Source of the DNA: Spirochaetota bacterium
Lineage (GTDB): Bacteria; Spirochaetota; Brevinematia; DTOW01
Assembly (NCBI GenBank): GCA_025061835.1
Contig: JANXAC010000007.1
Location: 17,420-81,419, forward strand
DNA: 64,000 nucleotides
Reading direction: 5' to 3'
Shown here piece after piece: positions 40,425-50,101 of the stretch. The translations under genes were made by a program, and so were the position numbers. The notes under the pieces were generated by a model, which saw only the letters and a program-made list of their open reading frames with translations, searched no databases and was not told the DNA's origin. How positions within the stretch are numbered: position 1 is the first letter of the stretch; each line of letters begins with the position of its first letter.

Positions 40425-42119
40425 ATGTCAGAATTAGATAAGACCAAGGATAACATAGGCGTAGATAAGTTAGATAAAGATTCAAGGGAAAAGTTGTTCA
40501 AAGATTTTCAGAAAGCAGGTGGTAAAGTTTTGACTGAAAGGGAATTATTAAGACAAAGAGTCAAAGAACAGCTCTTAAAACAGAAGCAAACGAAACCATC
40601 TACGAATCAGATGCCACCTCCAAAAATCCAACCCAAACCACAACATAAACAAAAACTTTCTAGCGTTGAAAAGCCTAGACCATCAACCACCCAAAAATCC
40701 TCTGATACTCTTGAGATATCATGGATTGATAGGATTAAAGTTTTTATTAACGCATATTTCAATAGCACTATAAAGATAAACGGATACCTAAAGCATAGGT
40801 TCTTTAATGATACACTAGTTGAAGTTCCTAGATCATTCACTGACTTGAGGATAGTGTCCTATTTATTGACTGAAAAAGATGAAAGACTCTCCAATTTAGT
40901 CAAGAAAAGTTTGAATGCTATAAATCCAGTTGGATACGAAGTTATCTACAGGTTGAATAGTTTGCCGAACAATGAGATTTTCCATAAGGCTGAAAGTATA
41001 ATCAAAGTATATTCCCAGACGAAGGTTACAGTAAAACCTCAAGATATAAAAGACATTATAAAGTATATCTTCAAAAAACTATATATACTCTACCCATACA
41101 AAGACCAAGCAAAGGTTTTAATTTCTACTGCTTTGAGGTCAATACAGCAGTATCTTCCTAAAGGAGACCTCCAAAGGACAGAGAAGCTGTTTTACAAAGC
41201 TTGGGATTTTCTGTTTTCTGACTATTTTCAAAAATTAAAAGTAGTTATAGATTTCATAATAGGTAAGGAACTTTCATTGACATCAGAACACCTTATAAGG
41301 TTTCTTGAGATTTCCGAGGATGATCACATCGGTTATCTTACTGAAAAGTTTGGTATTTCAAAAGTTGAAGAAGATAAACCTAAAACCGAAGATAAATCCT
41401 CACCTCAAAAAGTTAAAGACGAGAAACAAGTTTATCTTGAAGAGGGAGTTGAGATAATAAACTCAATAGACATAAAAAAGATACAAGAGAGTATTAGGAG
41501 GAAGAATGTATTCGTTGAGAACAACGATAAGGTTTTCATAACTGAAGCAATACTTGAATTTTATGATACTCACATACACCCAGTTTTGGTAACTAAAGCA
41601 AAGTATAGTTTAGTTTTTGATGCCGTAAAGACGCTTGATGTTAAGAAAGAGTTTGATGATATATATACTGGTATAGTAAGTATAAAAGACAGGATAAACG
41701 AATACTACAAGGTTATTGAAGACTATAGAAATGTTGAGTCTGATGTAATGGTTCCTATAACGAAGAAATCAAACCTCCTCAACACAAGAAGTATAGAGAG
41801 AACTAGAATTTCATACCAGATAAGAAAGGATGTATCAGAACTATTTAAGAAAATAAAAAATAACCTTGACATAGTGCTTAAGGATTATAAATCTGGTGGG
41901 GCGATATTAACGAACTCTGATGAGATAATTGAGTTCAAGATTAATAAGATAAAAGACATTCAAGTTGAAAAAAACTTCTTTGAAGGTAAGAAAGTAATTG
42001 ATGCACTTAATGATATAGATAAGATTATAAACTCAATTATATTCCTACTTACTGATGGTGACCTTGGTGGTTCAAACGTTAAGCTAGAGAAACCTATTTA
42101 TTTGAACATAAATTTGTAA
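40425..42119 (+). CDS. Hypothetical protein (possibly spirochaete DUF5312-like)
   Basis: 564-aa helical ORF with Q/K/P-rich linkers; family guess from memory only. Confidence 0.6.
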   Translation: MSELDKTKDNIGVDKLDKDSREKLFKDFQKAGGKVLTERELLRQRVKEQLLKQKQTKPSTNQMPPPKIQPKPQHKQKLSSVEKPRPSTTQKSSDTLEISWIDRIKVFINAYFNSTIKINGYLKHRFFNDTLVEVPRSFTDLRIVSYLLTEKDERLSNLVKKSLNAINPVGYEVIYRLNSLPNNEIFHKAESIIKVYSQTKVTVKPQDIKDIIKYIFKKLYILYPYKDQAKVLISTALRSIQQYLPKGDLQRTEKLFYKAWDFLFSDYFQKLKVVIDFIIGKELSLTSEHLIRFLEISEDDHIGYLTEKFGISKVEEDKPKTEDKSSPQKVKDEKQVYLEEGVEIINSIDIKKIQESIRRKNVFVENNDKVFITEAILEFYDTHIHPVLVTKAKYSLVFDAVKTLDVKKEFDDIYTGIVSIKDRINEYYKVIEDYRNVESDVMVPITKKSNLLNTRSIERTRISYQIRKDVSELFKKIKNNLDIVLKDYKSGGAILTNSDEIIEFKINKIKDIQVEKNFFEGKKVIDALNDIDKIINSIIFLLTDGDLGGSNVKLEKPIYLNINL

Positions 42120-42919
42120 AAGTTGTCTATTGAAGACCTAGATGTAAGCCTTAACATAAGATCTATTACATACCCATAAGATGGGACAAAGTATCTTGGT
42201 TTTGTCTTTCTCTTTCTTATTATCTTGAGTATTTTTTTCGCAACTATTTCTGGTGGTGGGGATGAGTCTATACTGCTTTGGAAGAATTCAAAAACCCTTC
42301 TATCAATATTGGAATACTTTGGATCTTTTGAGAACTTACTAAGGTTTTCTGAAGCAATAATAGGCCAGTTAGTTCTTATTCCTCCGGGCGCTACTTCAAC
42401 GACATCTATACCAAATTGTCTTAACTCACTCCTTAAGGCTAAACTCATAAACGAAAGTGAAACTTTTGAAGCACAATACCAAGATAATATAGGTGAAGGA
42501 ACTAATGATGCCACCGATGTTATGTTGATTATTTTACCACTTTTATTTTCTACCATATATGGTATAACTAGTTGGCAAAGTCTCATCTGAGCAAATAGAT
42601 TTACCTCAAATTGTCTCCTTGCTTCCTCAATAGGTACCTCCTCAATAGCACCAGCAATACCATACCCAGCATTATTTACTAGAACATCTATCCTACCATT
42701 TTCATCAATTATCTTCTTAACACCTTCAACCATGGTATTTTCATTCTCTAGATCAATATATAGTAGTTTAATTCCTAACTCCTCAATATCCTTTGCTTTA
42801 GATAAGTTTCTACCACTAGCGTATGTTATAAAACCTTCTTCGTGAAGAAGTTTAGCAGTCGCCTTACCTATTCCGGAAGTTCCTCCAGTTACGAGAACAG
42901 TTCTTTTATCCTCAAACAT
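42098..42919 (-). CDS. Short-chain dehydrogenase/reductase
   Basis: TGGTSGIG, NNAG, YCASK. Confidence 0.93.
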   Translation of the reverse strand: MFEDKRTVLVTGGTSGIGKATAKLLHEEGFITYASGRNLSKAKDIEELGIKLLYIDLENENTMVEGVKKIIDENGRIDVLVNNAGYGIAGAIEEVPIEEARRQFEVNLFAQMRLCQLVIPYMVENKSGKIINITSVASLVPSPILSWYCASKVSLSFMSLALRSELRQFGIDVVEVAPGGIRTNWPIIASENLSKFSKDPKYSNIDRRVFEFFQSSIDSSPPPEIVAKKILKIIRKRKTKPRYFVPSYGYVIDLMLRLTSRSSIDNFYKFMFK

Positions 42920-43111
42920 ATTCTTACAATCTATTAAAAAAGATATTCCAAATCAACTGGAATAGATGTGCTAAATCTAAATCAAATACTCTCTTCACTT
43001 ACTAGATTAAAAGCATGTATGAATTTATAGCACTCTAAGCACACTAACTATACCGAAGAGGTTGTGTTTCAATTATAGTAAATATGAATACCAGACTTAC
43101 CAACTCGGCTA

Positions 43112-43549
43112 CTAGAGAACGAACATTATGAGTATTGCTATTGCTATACCGTATATTGCTATTCCTTCTGCAAGACCTATGAAAATAAGGCTTGTTCCGA
43201 ACATTTCGGGTTTTTCTGCTATTACAGATATTGCTGAGACACCGATAGGACCTACCGCTATTCCTGCACCTATGGCAGCAAGGCCAACCGCAAGCGCAGC
43301 ACCAACATACTTAAGACCTAGAGCAAGCGGATCTTGAGACGGAGCTGCTGTAGTAGTAGCAGTTTCTTCAGCAGCATAAACGCTATTCGCAAAAACGAAT
43401 AATAAGATAATGGACAGAGATAACAAAACACTACCAAGCACTACTGTCCTCTTTAACTTATCTCCATCCTTTGAGACTATAGCCCTACCTAGAAAGAAAA
43501 GATACACCACTAGCATTAACACCGTAACTAGAAAAATAACCAATCCCAT
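43112..43549 (-). CDS. A/V-type ATP synthase proteolipid subunit K/c
   Basis: GAALAVGLAAIGAGIAVG, KPEMFG, IGLAEGIAIYG (ion-binding Glu); ATG 43549 after GAGG. Confidence 0.88.
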   Translation of the reverse strand: MGLVIFLVTVLMLVVYLFFLGRAIVSKDGDKLKRTVVLGSVLLSLSIILLFVFANSVYAAEETATTTAAPSQDPLALGLKYVGAALAVGLAAIGAGIAVGPIGVSAISVIAEKPEMFGTSLIFIGLAEGIAIYGIAIAILIMFVL

Positions 43550-43748
43550 TACCTCTTCCTCCTTTAGCAGGATTTTAAACAAACACAATTCACTATTACA
43601 AATTAGCAAAGCAATCGTATTTGATGAAGGTAATTTTGTTTGTTTTCTAGCTTCCGTTGAGATTTTATCTTTAGAGTTAATCAGTGTAATGTGTTAAGTA
43701 TCTATTTGCATCACGAGAGTTTGTAGTTTGTTAGACTCCTGTTTAAAA

Positions 43749-44468
43749 ATGATTGGTATGATATTATACGGAATAAACCCTGCCTTGGAGGCAATTAACT
43801 CAAAGTATAGAGAACTGATAAAAGTGATAATGATTGAAAAGGATTCCAATAATAAGAGATTAAAGAGTCTTGTAGAAACTGCCCAGAAACTTGGTATCAA
43901 AGTAAGGATGCTTGATAAAAATGTAATATCCAGTATAACAAAAACTTCATCTCATCAAGGTATTGCTTTTGAAATAGAGAAAATACTTTTCAGAGATATT
44001 GAAGATGTTGTAAAAGAGGGAAAAAGAATGGTATTGTGTGACTCTATCCAAGACCCTAACAACCTAGGTGCAATAATGAGAAATTCAGTTCTTTTTGATT
44101 TCAACGCGGTTGTGATAACGAAAGACAGAAGTGCGGATATTACTCCAAGTGTTATCAAAACATCTTCTGGCTCATTTTTTCACATAGATGTTGTCAAAGT
44201 TGTTAATCTTGCTAGGACGATAGAATACCTTAGAGATAATGAATATTATGTTATTGGTCTTGATGCAGATGCTGAAAGCGATATATCAAGCCTTAAGGTA
44301 AAAAACAAGGTATGTATAGTAGTTGGTGCAGAAGGAGAAGGTATCAGGGAACTTGTAAAGAGAAAGTGTGATATCCTGTGTCATATAAAAACCACAAAAA
44401 GGATAGACTCCTTAAACGTTTCTATCGCTGCAGCTATTGCTATGTATGAGATATTTAAGAATTCTTAA
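43749..44468 (+). CDS. rlmB: TrmH/RlmB-like SPOUT rRNA methyltransferase
   Basis: HQGI, QDPNNLGAIMR, GAEGEG, DSLNVS; exact start uncertain. Confidence 0.85.
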   Translation: MIGMILYGINPALEAINSKYRELIKVIMIEKDSNNKRLKSLVETAQKLGIKVRMLDKNVISSITKTSSHQGIAFEIEKILFRDIEDVVKEGKRMVLCDSIQDPNNLGAIMRNSVLFDFNAVVITKDRSADITPSVIKTSSGSFFHIDVVKVVNLARTIEYLRDNEYYVIGLDADAESDISSLKVKNKVCIVVGAEGEGIRELVKRKCDILCHIKTTKRIDSLNVSIAAAIAMYEIFKNS

Positions 44469-46035
44469 GTATAAAGAATCTGAAAGCGTCGGATATTGCT
44501 TGAAAACTTGCGTCTATTATGTTTTCTGAAACTCCTATTGTAGTGAACGTAGTGTTATCGTATCTGAATTCTGTAAGGACTCGTATTTTTGCGGCTGAAC
44601 CTTCTTTGGGGTTTATAATTCTCACCTTGTAGTCTATTAGCATTAACTTTTCTATATTCGGATAGAACTTGGTTAATGCTTTCCTCAATGCTTTATCAAG
44701 CGCATTCACAGGACCATCACCTTCATCGGCGGTTATCTCAATAGCGTCATTAACTCTTATCTTAACTAACGCATCATTGATAAACTGACTACCATTCTTT
44801 AAAACATTCACGGTGAAACTTATACACTCAAAGAAGTTATCCTTGTTGCCAACAGTCTCTCTAACAAGCAATTCAAATGAAGCATCAGCACTCTCAAAAT
44901 TATAACCTTGATTTTCAAGGTGTTTAATCTTATCAAGGACAGCCTTTATTGTTTTATCATCACTTGCTACTTCCGAAAGTTCTGGAATGTTTTTTATCTT
45001 ACTCAACACATTGCTTTTACCTGACTGTTCCGAAATTAAGATCCTCCTTACATTCCCAACCGCTTCTGGCTGTATGTGTTCATAGGTTCTAGGGTCTTTC
45101 TGGACTGCGTTGACATGAACACCTCCCTTGTGAGCGAAGGCACTAGCACCAACAAAGGGCTGTCTCTCGTTTGGTGTTAGGTTTGCTAGGTCATAGACGA
45201 ACATTGATAGATCCTTGAGTTTCTTAAGTTTCTCAAGATCTATTCTATTGAGCCTCATCTTCATCTTTAGGATAAGGTTTGGTATTATTGAAACGAGGTT
45301 AGCATTCCCACATCTTTCACCGAAACCATTTATAGTTCCTTGAACTAGAATAGCACCACTCCTTACTGCTTCAAGTGAATTTGCAACTCCTAATTCACCA
45401 TCGTTGTGAGCGTGTATTCCTAACGGTGTCTTTATGACCTCCTTCACTGCCTTCATAATTTCAGACACTTCATACGGTAGAGTACCACCGTTTGTGTCTG
45501 CTAGACTTATGTTGTCTGCTCCAGCTCTCTCAACTTGCATAAGTGTTTTTAACGCATAGTCAGGGTTATCCTTAAACCCATCAAAGAAGTGTTCAGCATC
45601 GTATATAACTTCTCTTCCATTATCCTTTAGATATGCTACAGTATCATATATCATCTCTAGGTTGGTCTCAAGACTTACATTGAAAACCTTCTCAACATGT
45701 AAGTCCCAAGACTTGCCAAAGATGGTAACAACAGGAGTTTGAGCGTTAAGTAGTTCTTTTACATTTATATCCTCTTTTACTGAATTCTTTGCATGTCTTG
45801 TGCTACCAAAAGCACACATTTTAGCATTTTTTAGTTCTATTTTACGAACTTCTTCAAAGAAAGTTTTGTCTTTCGGGTTTGATGCAGGCCAACCACCTTC
45901 TATGTAATCAACACCAAATTCATCCAGCATCTTTGTTAGAAGTAGCATATCATTGACAGAAAAATCTACACTTTCCGCTTGTCTCCCATCTCTCATCGTC
46001 GTATCATAAACATATATCACATGAGATGACCCCAT
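44455..46035 (-). CDS. cimA: Citramalate synthase (bacterial type)
   Basis: DTTMRDGRQ, EGGWPASNPKD, DAEHFFDG, HAHND, FAHKGGVH, regulatory domain. Confidence 0.88.
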   Translation of the reverse strand: MGSSHVIYVYDTTMRDGRQAESVDFSVNDMLLLTKMLDEFGVDYIEGGWPASNPKDKTFFEEVRKIELKNAKMCAFGSTRHAKNSVKEDINVKELLNAQTPVVTIFGKSWDLHVEKVFNVSLETNLEMIYDTVAYLKDNGREVIYDAEHFFDGFKDNPDYALKTLMQVERAGADNISLADTNGGTLPYEVSEIMKAVKEVIKTPLGIHAHNDGELGVANSLEAVRSGAILVQGTINGFGERCGNANLVSIIPNLILKMKMRLNRIDLEKLKKLKDLSMFVYDLANLTPNERQPFVGASAFAHKGGVHVNAVQKDPRTYEHIQPEAVGNVRRILISEQSGKSNVLSKIKNIPELSEVASDDKTIKAVLDKIKHLENQGYNFESADASFELLVRETVGNKDNFFECISFTVNVLKNGSQFINDALVKIRVNDAIEITADEGDGPVNALDKALRKALTKFYPNIEKLMLIDYKVRIINPKEGSAAKIRVLTEFRYDNTTFTTIGVSENIIDASFQAISDAFRFFILKNS

Positions 46036-46206
46036 GCTTCCTCCTAAGAACATCTATTTTAAATGATACTCAAAAAAATGTAAAAATAAAACCTTAAATA
46101 AGGATCACTAGGTAAGAAGGTGTCTTTAACAGTCTTTTTGTTTAAAAGTTTGTTTAGACACAACCTACACAACTAAACACAAAAACCTGTATCCTAGAAA
46201 TAACCT

Positions 46207-47748
46207 TTAATGCACTTTAACTTTTTCCTTTGTTGTTTGCGAATAGTATAGTGCTTTGTTTATAGCGTTCAGATATGCTTTAGCACTTGCTACTATTATG
46301 TCAGTGTCTGTCCCATGACCTGAAAAAGATACTTCTTGACTCTGTATTGATAGGTTCACTTCGCCAATAGCATCTTTACCTGATGTAACTGCATGAATAC
46401 TAAAATCCTCAAGTTTGATGTCCTTTAATCCAACAATCCTGTCAATAGCCTTGAATGTAGCATCAACAGGTCCATTACCTGTCGCAGACTCTGTGTGTTC
46501 TCTATTACCTTTCTTTAACACAACAGTAGATGTTGGTATAGTTCTATCACCAGACATTATCTGAACGCTTACAAGACTATACACATTCTTTGACAAATCA
46601 ATATTCTGTGAAAAGATTGCTACTAGGTCTTCTTCATACACATTTTTCTTCTTATCAGCGATCTCAAGGAATTTCTTATACATCTCTTCAAACTCTTCTT
46701 CCGACGAGTATGTTATCCCCAGTTCTTTGAACTTTACCTTCAGGGCATGCCTACCAGAGTGCCTACCCAGTATTATCTCTGAAGAGTGTCTCCCGACATC
46801 TTCAGGTTTCATTATCTCATAAGTTTGTTTATACTTCAAAACACCATCCTGATGTATTCCGGATTCGTGAGCAAATACATTCCTACCAACAATGGGCTTG
46901 TTGTATGCTAATGGTAGTCCTGTTATTGAAATAAGAAGTTTGCTAGTCTTGAATATTTCTTTGGTATTTACATTTGTGTAAAATGGATATATATCGTTTC
47001 TAACATTTATTGTCATCACAATCTCTTCAAGCGAAGCATTACCTGCTCTCTCACCTATACCATTGACGCTAACTTCAACCTGATTAGCACCGGCAAGGAG
47101 TGCAGATAGAGAATTAGCAACCGCCAAACCTAAATCGTTATGACAATGAACACTGATATTCACTCTATCACCAACAGTTTCTTTTATCGTTCTAACAATA
47201 TTATAAAACTCAAATGGAGTTGTATATCCAACGGTATCTGGAATGTTTATAGTTGTTGCTCCAGCATCTATAACCGCTAGGAATATCTCTTTGAGAAAGT
47301 TTATATCACTTCTTGTTGCATCCTCTGCCGAAAATTCAACATCATCAACTAGGCTTTTAGCATATCTAACTGCTTCAACAGCCATTTTGAGAACCTCATC
47401 GGGTGTCTTCTTTAGCTTATACTCCATGTGTATAGGTGATGTTGCTATAAATGTATGTATTCTTTTCCTTTTAGCATTTCTCAACGCTTCGTAGGCAGAC
47501 TTTATATCTTTTTCAACAGCTCTTGCTAACGCTGCAATAGTAGGTCCTTCTACCTCTTCTGCTATCATCTTAACCCCTTCAAACTGTATAGGTGAGGAGA
47601 TTGGGAATCCTGCTTCAATTATATCAACACCTAGATTAGCAAGTTGCTTTGCGAAAACAAGTTTGTCTTGTGAAGACATACTCGCACCCGGTGACTGCTC
47701 ACCGTCCCTTAAAGTTGTATCAAATATGTAAATTCTCCTCTTATCCAT
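46207..47748 (-). CDS. leuA: 2-isopropylmalate synthase
   Basis: DTTLRDGEQSPG, EAGFP, HCHNDLG, HESGIHQDG, GNGPVDA. Confidence 0.95.
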   Translation of the reverse strand: MDKRRIYIFDTTLRDGEQSPGASMSSQDKLVFAKQLANLGVDIIEAGFPISSPIQFEGVKMIAEEVEGPTIAALARAVEKDIKSAYEALRNAKRKRIHTFIATSPIHMEYKLKKTPDEVLKMAVEAVRYAKSLVDDVEFSAEDATRSDINFLKEIFLAVIDAGATTINIPDTVGYTTPFEFYNIVRTIKETVGDRVNISVHCHNDLGLAVANSLSALLAGANQVEVSVNGIGERAGNASLEEIVMTINVRNDIYPFYTNVNTKEIFKTSKLLISITGLPLAYNKPIVGRNVFAHESGIHQDGVLKYKQTYEIMKPEDVGRHSSEIILGRHSGRHALKVKFKELGITYSSEEEFEEMYKKFLEIADKKKNVYEEDLVAIFSQNIDLSKNVYSLVSVQIMSGDRTIPTSTVVLKKGNREHTESATGNGPVDATFKAIDRIVGLKDIKLEDFSIHAVTSGKDAIGEVNLSIQSQEVSFSGHGTDTDIIVASAKAYLNAINKALYYSQTTKEKVKVH

Positions 47749-47924
47749 CGCAATACCTCTTCAGAAGATAAATTTAATTAAGATAAACATATCTTTCAAG
47801 TTTCAGGAACAATACTTGATCGCTTTTTCTTTTACTAATATCGTCCTTTTGCTTTATGAGAGAAGTTTTAATATACTACATTCAAAGAACTTTGCACTTT
47901 GTAGCAGTAAATAGGGACAGTTGA

Positions 47925-49133
47925 TCACATTAGATTTTCAAAAACTCCTTTAGATTTGAGTGTATTATATGCGACATACTGTGAGTCAAGTATATCCAGG
48001 CCTGTCCTATACTTCTGTATTTCATCTTCTTTGAATGACTTTAGGATTAGGTTAATATCATCACCACCATATCTCCTAAGTATTCCGCTAAGAAGTTCAA
48101 CGGCAACAACTGACTCAACGACCACCCCCGCTGCTGGAACTGCAGTTACATCTGACCTTTCAACATGTGCTAGGAATTCTTCTTTCGTTATTATATCAAC
48201 CGAGCGTTTTGGTTTCATAAGTGTTGATATAGGTTTCATAACACACCTAACTACGATAGGCTCACCATTCGTCATTCCACCCTCTATTCCACCTGCGTTG
48301 TTTGAATCCCTTACAAATCTACTACCGTTCCAGATTATCTCATCATGAACCTCACTACCTCTTATCTCACCCATCCTAAACCCCATACCAAACTCTACCC
48401 CCTTTATTGCTTGAATACTCATAACATTGAAAGCAATCCTAGCATCAATCTTGTCCTCCCAATGCGTATAACTGCCAAGACCAATAGGTGGGTTCAAAAC
48501 AATTGTTTCTATTATCCCTCCAATTGTGTCTCCTTCGGATTTTACTCTATCAATGTAATTCTTTATTTCATCTTCAAACTTAGGGTTCCCGATACCTACT
48601 TCAGAAGACTGTGCATTTTCCATAATTTGTCTGTATGTGAGGTTGTCAAGACTTATTCTTATACCACCAAACACAACTACATGAGAAAATATCCTAACAT
48701 CAAAATATCTTTCCAATGTCTGTTTTGCGATAGCACCGACTGCTACTCTTACGGAAGTTTCTCTAGCACTCGCTCTCTCAATCACATTCCTTATGTCGTC
48801 AAATCCGTATTTCAAAGCCCCTGTTAGGTCAGCATGTCCTGGGCGAGGTCTCGTAACTTTAGGTGTTTTCTTATCCTTCCAGTTCTCCCAATCCTTATTC
48901 CAGATAACCAGAGATACAGGTCCTCCGATTGTTTTTCCATCCCTTACTCCGCCAATAATATCAACTTCATCCTTTTCAATCTTCATCCTACCACCACGAC
49001 CATAACCTTTTTGTCTTCTTGCTAGTTCTTTATTTATGTATTCAACGTCAATAGTTAAGTTTGAAGGCAATCCATAAACGATGGCAGAGATACCTCTACC
49101 GTGAGACTCTCCTGAAGTGAAGTATTTTATCAT
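47925..49133 (-). CDS. aroC: Chorismate synthase
   Basis: SGESHG, RPGHAD, ERASARET, GGIEGG, ERSD. Confidence 0.97.
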   Translation of the reverse strand: MIKYFTSGESHGRGISAIVYGLPSNLTIDVEYINKELARRQKGYGRGGRMKIEKDEVDIIGGVRDGKTIGGPVSLVIWNKDWENWKDKKTPKVTRPRPGHADLTGALKYGFDDIRNVIERASARETSVRVAVGAIAKQTLERYFDVRIFSHVVVFGGIRISLDNLTYRQIMENAQSSEVGIGNPKFEDEIKNYIDRVKSEGDTIGGIIETIVLNPPIGLGSYTHWEDKIDARIAFNVMSIQAIKGVEFGMGFRMGEIRGSEVHDEIIWNGSRFVRDSNNAGGIEGGMTNGEPIVVRCVMKPISTLMKPKRSVDIITKEEFLAHVERSDVTAVPAAGVVVESVVAVELLSGILRRYGGDDINLILKSFKEDEIQKYRTGLDILDSQYVAYNTLKSKGVFENLM

Positions 49134-49135
49134 AA

Positions 49136-50092
49136 CTATTTTACCTCATAGACACCGATGTTTCGGTATTTGGAATATCTGATTTTAATCAGTTGTTCAT
49201 CTGAAAATTTTGATAGAGTGTCTATTTCTTTGATGATTTCATTTTTTAGGTTATTAAACACAAATTGAGGGTTTCTATGTACCCCTCCTGGTGGTTCTTT
49301 AATTATCTTATCAACGATACCAAACTCTTTACACCATTTTGCTGTGAGTTTAAGTGCTTTTGCAGCATCAGGTGCTTTTGAAGCATCTTTCCAGATAATA
49401 GAAGCACAACCTTCAGGTGATATTACCGAGTAGATTGCATACTCAAGCATAAGTATTCTATCTGCTACACCTATTGCTAGTGCTCCACCACTACCTCCCT
49501 CACTTATAACAACCCCAACTATAGGCGTCTTAAGACCTGACATCTCGTAGAGATTTTTAGCAATTGCTTCTCCTTGCCCTCTTTCTTCCGCTCCAACTCC
49601 CGGATACGCACCAGCAGTGTCAATAAATGTTATGACTGGTATCCTAAACCTTTCCGCAAGTTTCATTACTCTCAAAGCCTTTCTATACCCTTCCGGATGT
49701 GGCATTCCGAAGTTCCTCTTTATCTTATCTTCAACAGTCTTACCTTTCTCTTGACCTATGATACATACAGTCCTATCTCCTAGTTTTCCAAACCCTGCTA
49801 TTATAGCCTTGTCATCACCGAAATATCTATCTCCAGCAAGCTCAATAAAGTCTGTAAATATGTTGTTGAGATAATCAACGAAAGTTGGTCTATCAGGATG
49901 TCTTGATATTTCAACAATCTGCCACTCTGAAAGATTAGAGTATATCTTGTTTTTTATGTCCTCAAGTTGTTTGTATAAATTTCTTATCTCTGGTGAATTA
50001 TCATCTAGTCCCAGTGTTGTTTTCATATCCTCTATTTTCTTTTCCATCTCAATGATAGGCATCTCAAAACTTAGAGGCTTTAAGGTATCCAT
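49136..50092 (-). CDS. accA: Acetyl-CoA carboxylase carboxyltransferase alpha
   Basis: SRHPDRP, RNFGMPHPEGYRKA, DTAGAYPG, EGGSGGA. Confidence 0.96.
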   Translation of the reverse strand: MDTLKPLSFEMPIIEMEKKIEDMKTTLGLDDNSPEIRNLYKQLEDIKNKIYSNLSEWQIVEISRHPDRPTFVDYLNNIFTDFIELAGDRYFGDDKAIIAGFGKLGDRTVCIIGQEKGKTVEDKIKRNFGMPHPEGYRKALRVMKLAERFRIPVITFIDTAGAYPGVGAEERGQGEAIAKNLYEMSGLKTPIVGVVISEGGSGGALAIGVADRILMLEYAIYSVISPEGCASIIWKDASKAPDAAKALKLTAKWCKEFGIVDKIIKEPPGGVHRNPQFVFNNLKNEIIKEIDTLSKFSDEQLIKIRYSKYRNIGVYEVK

Positions 50093-50101
50093 AAACCCTC
50101 C

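Noticed and set aside
13020-46190. Short shared words (GGATCACTA, GTGTTTAGTT) in the serA and cimA-leuA intergenic regions
   Set aside because: Too short and not collinear; expected by chance in AT-rich DNA
47749-47924. Leucine attenuator upstream of leuA
   Set aside because: No Leu-rich leader peptide or terminator/antiterminator pair visible
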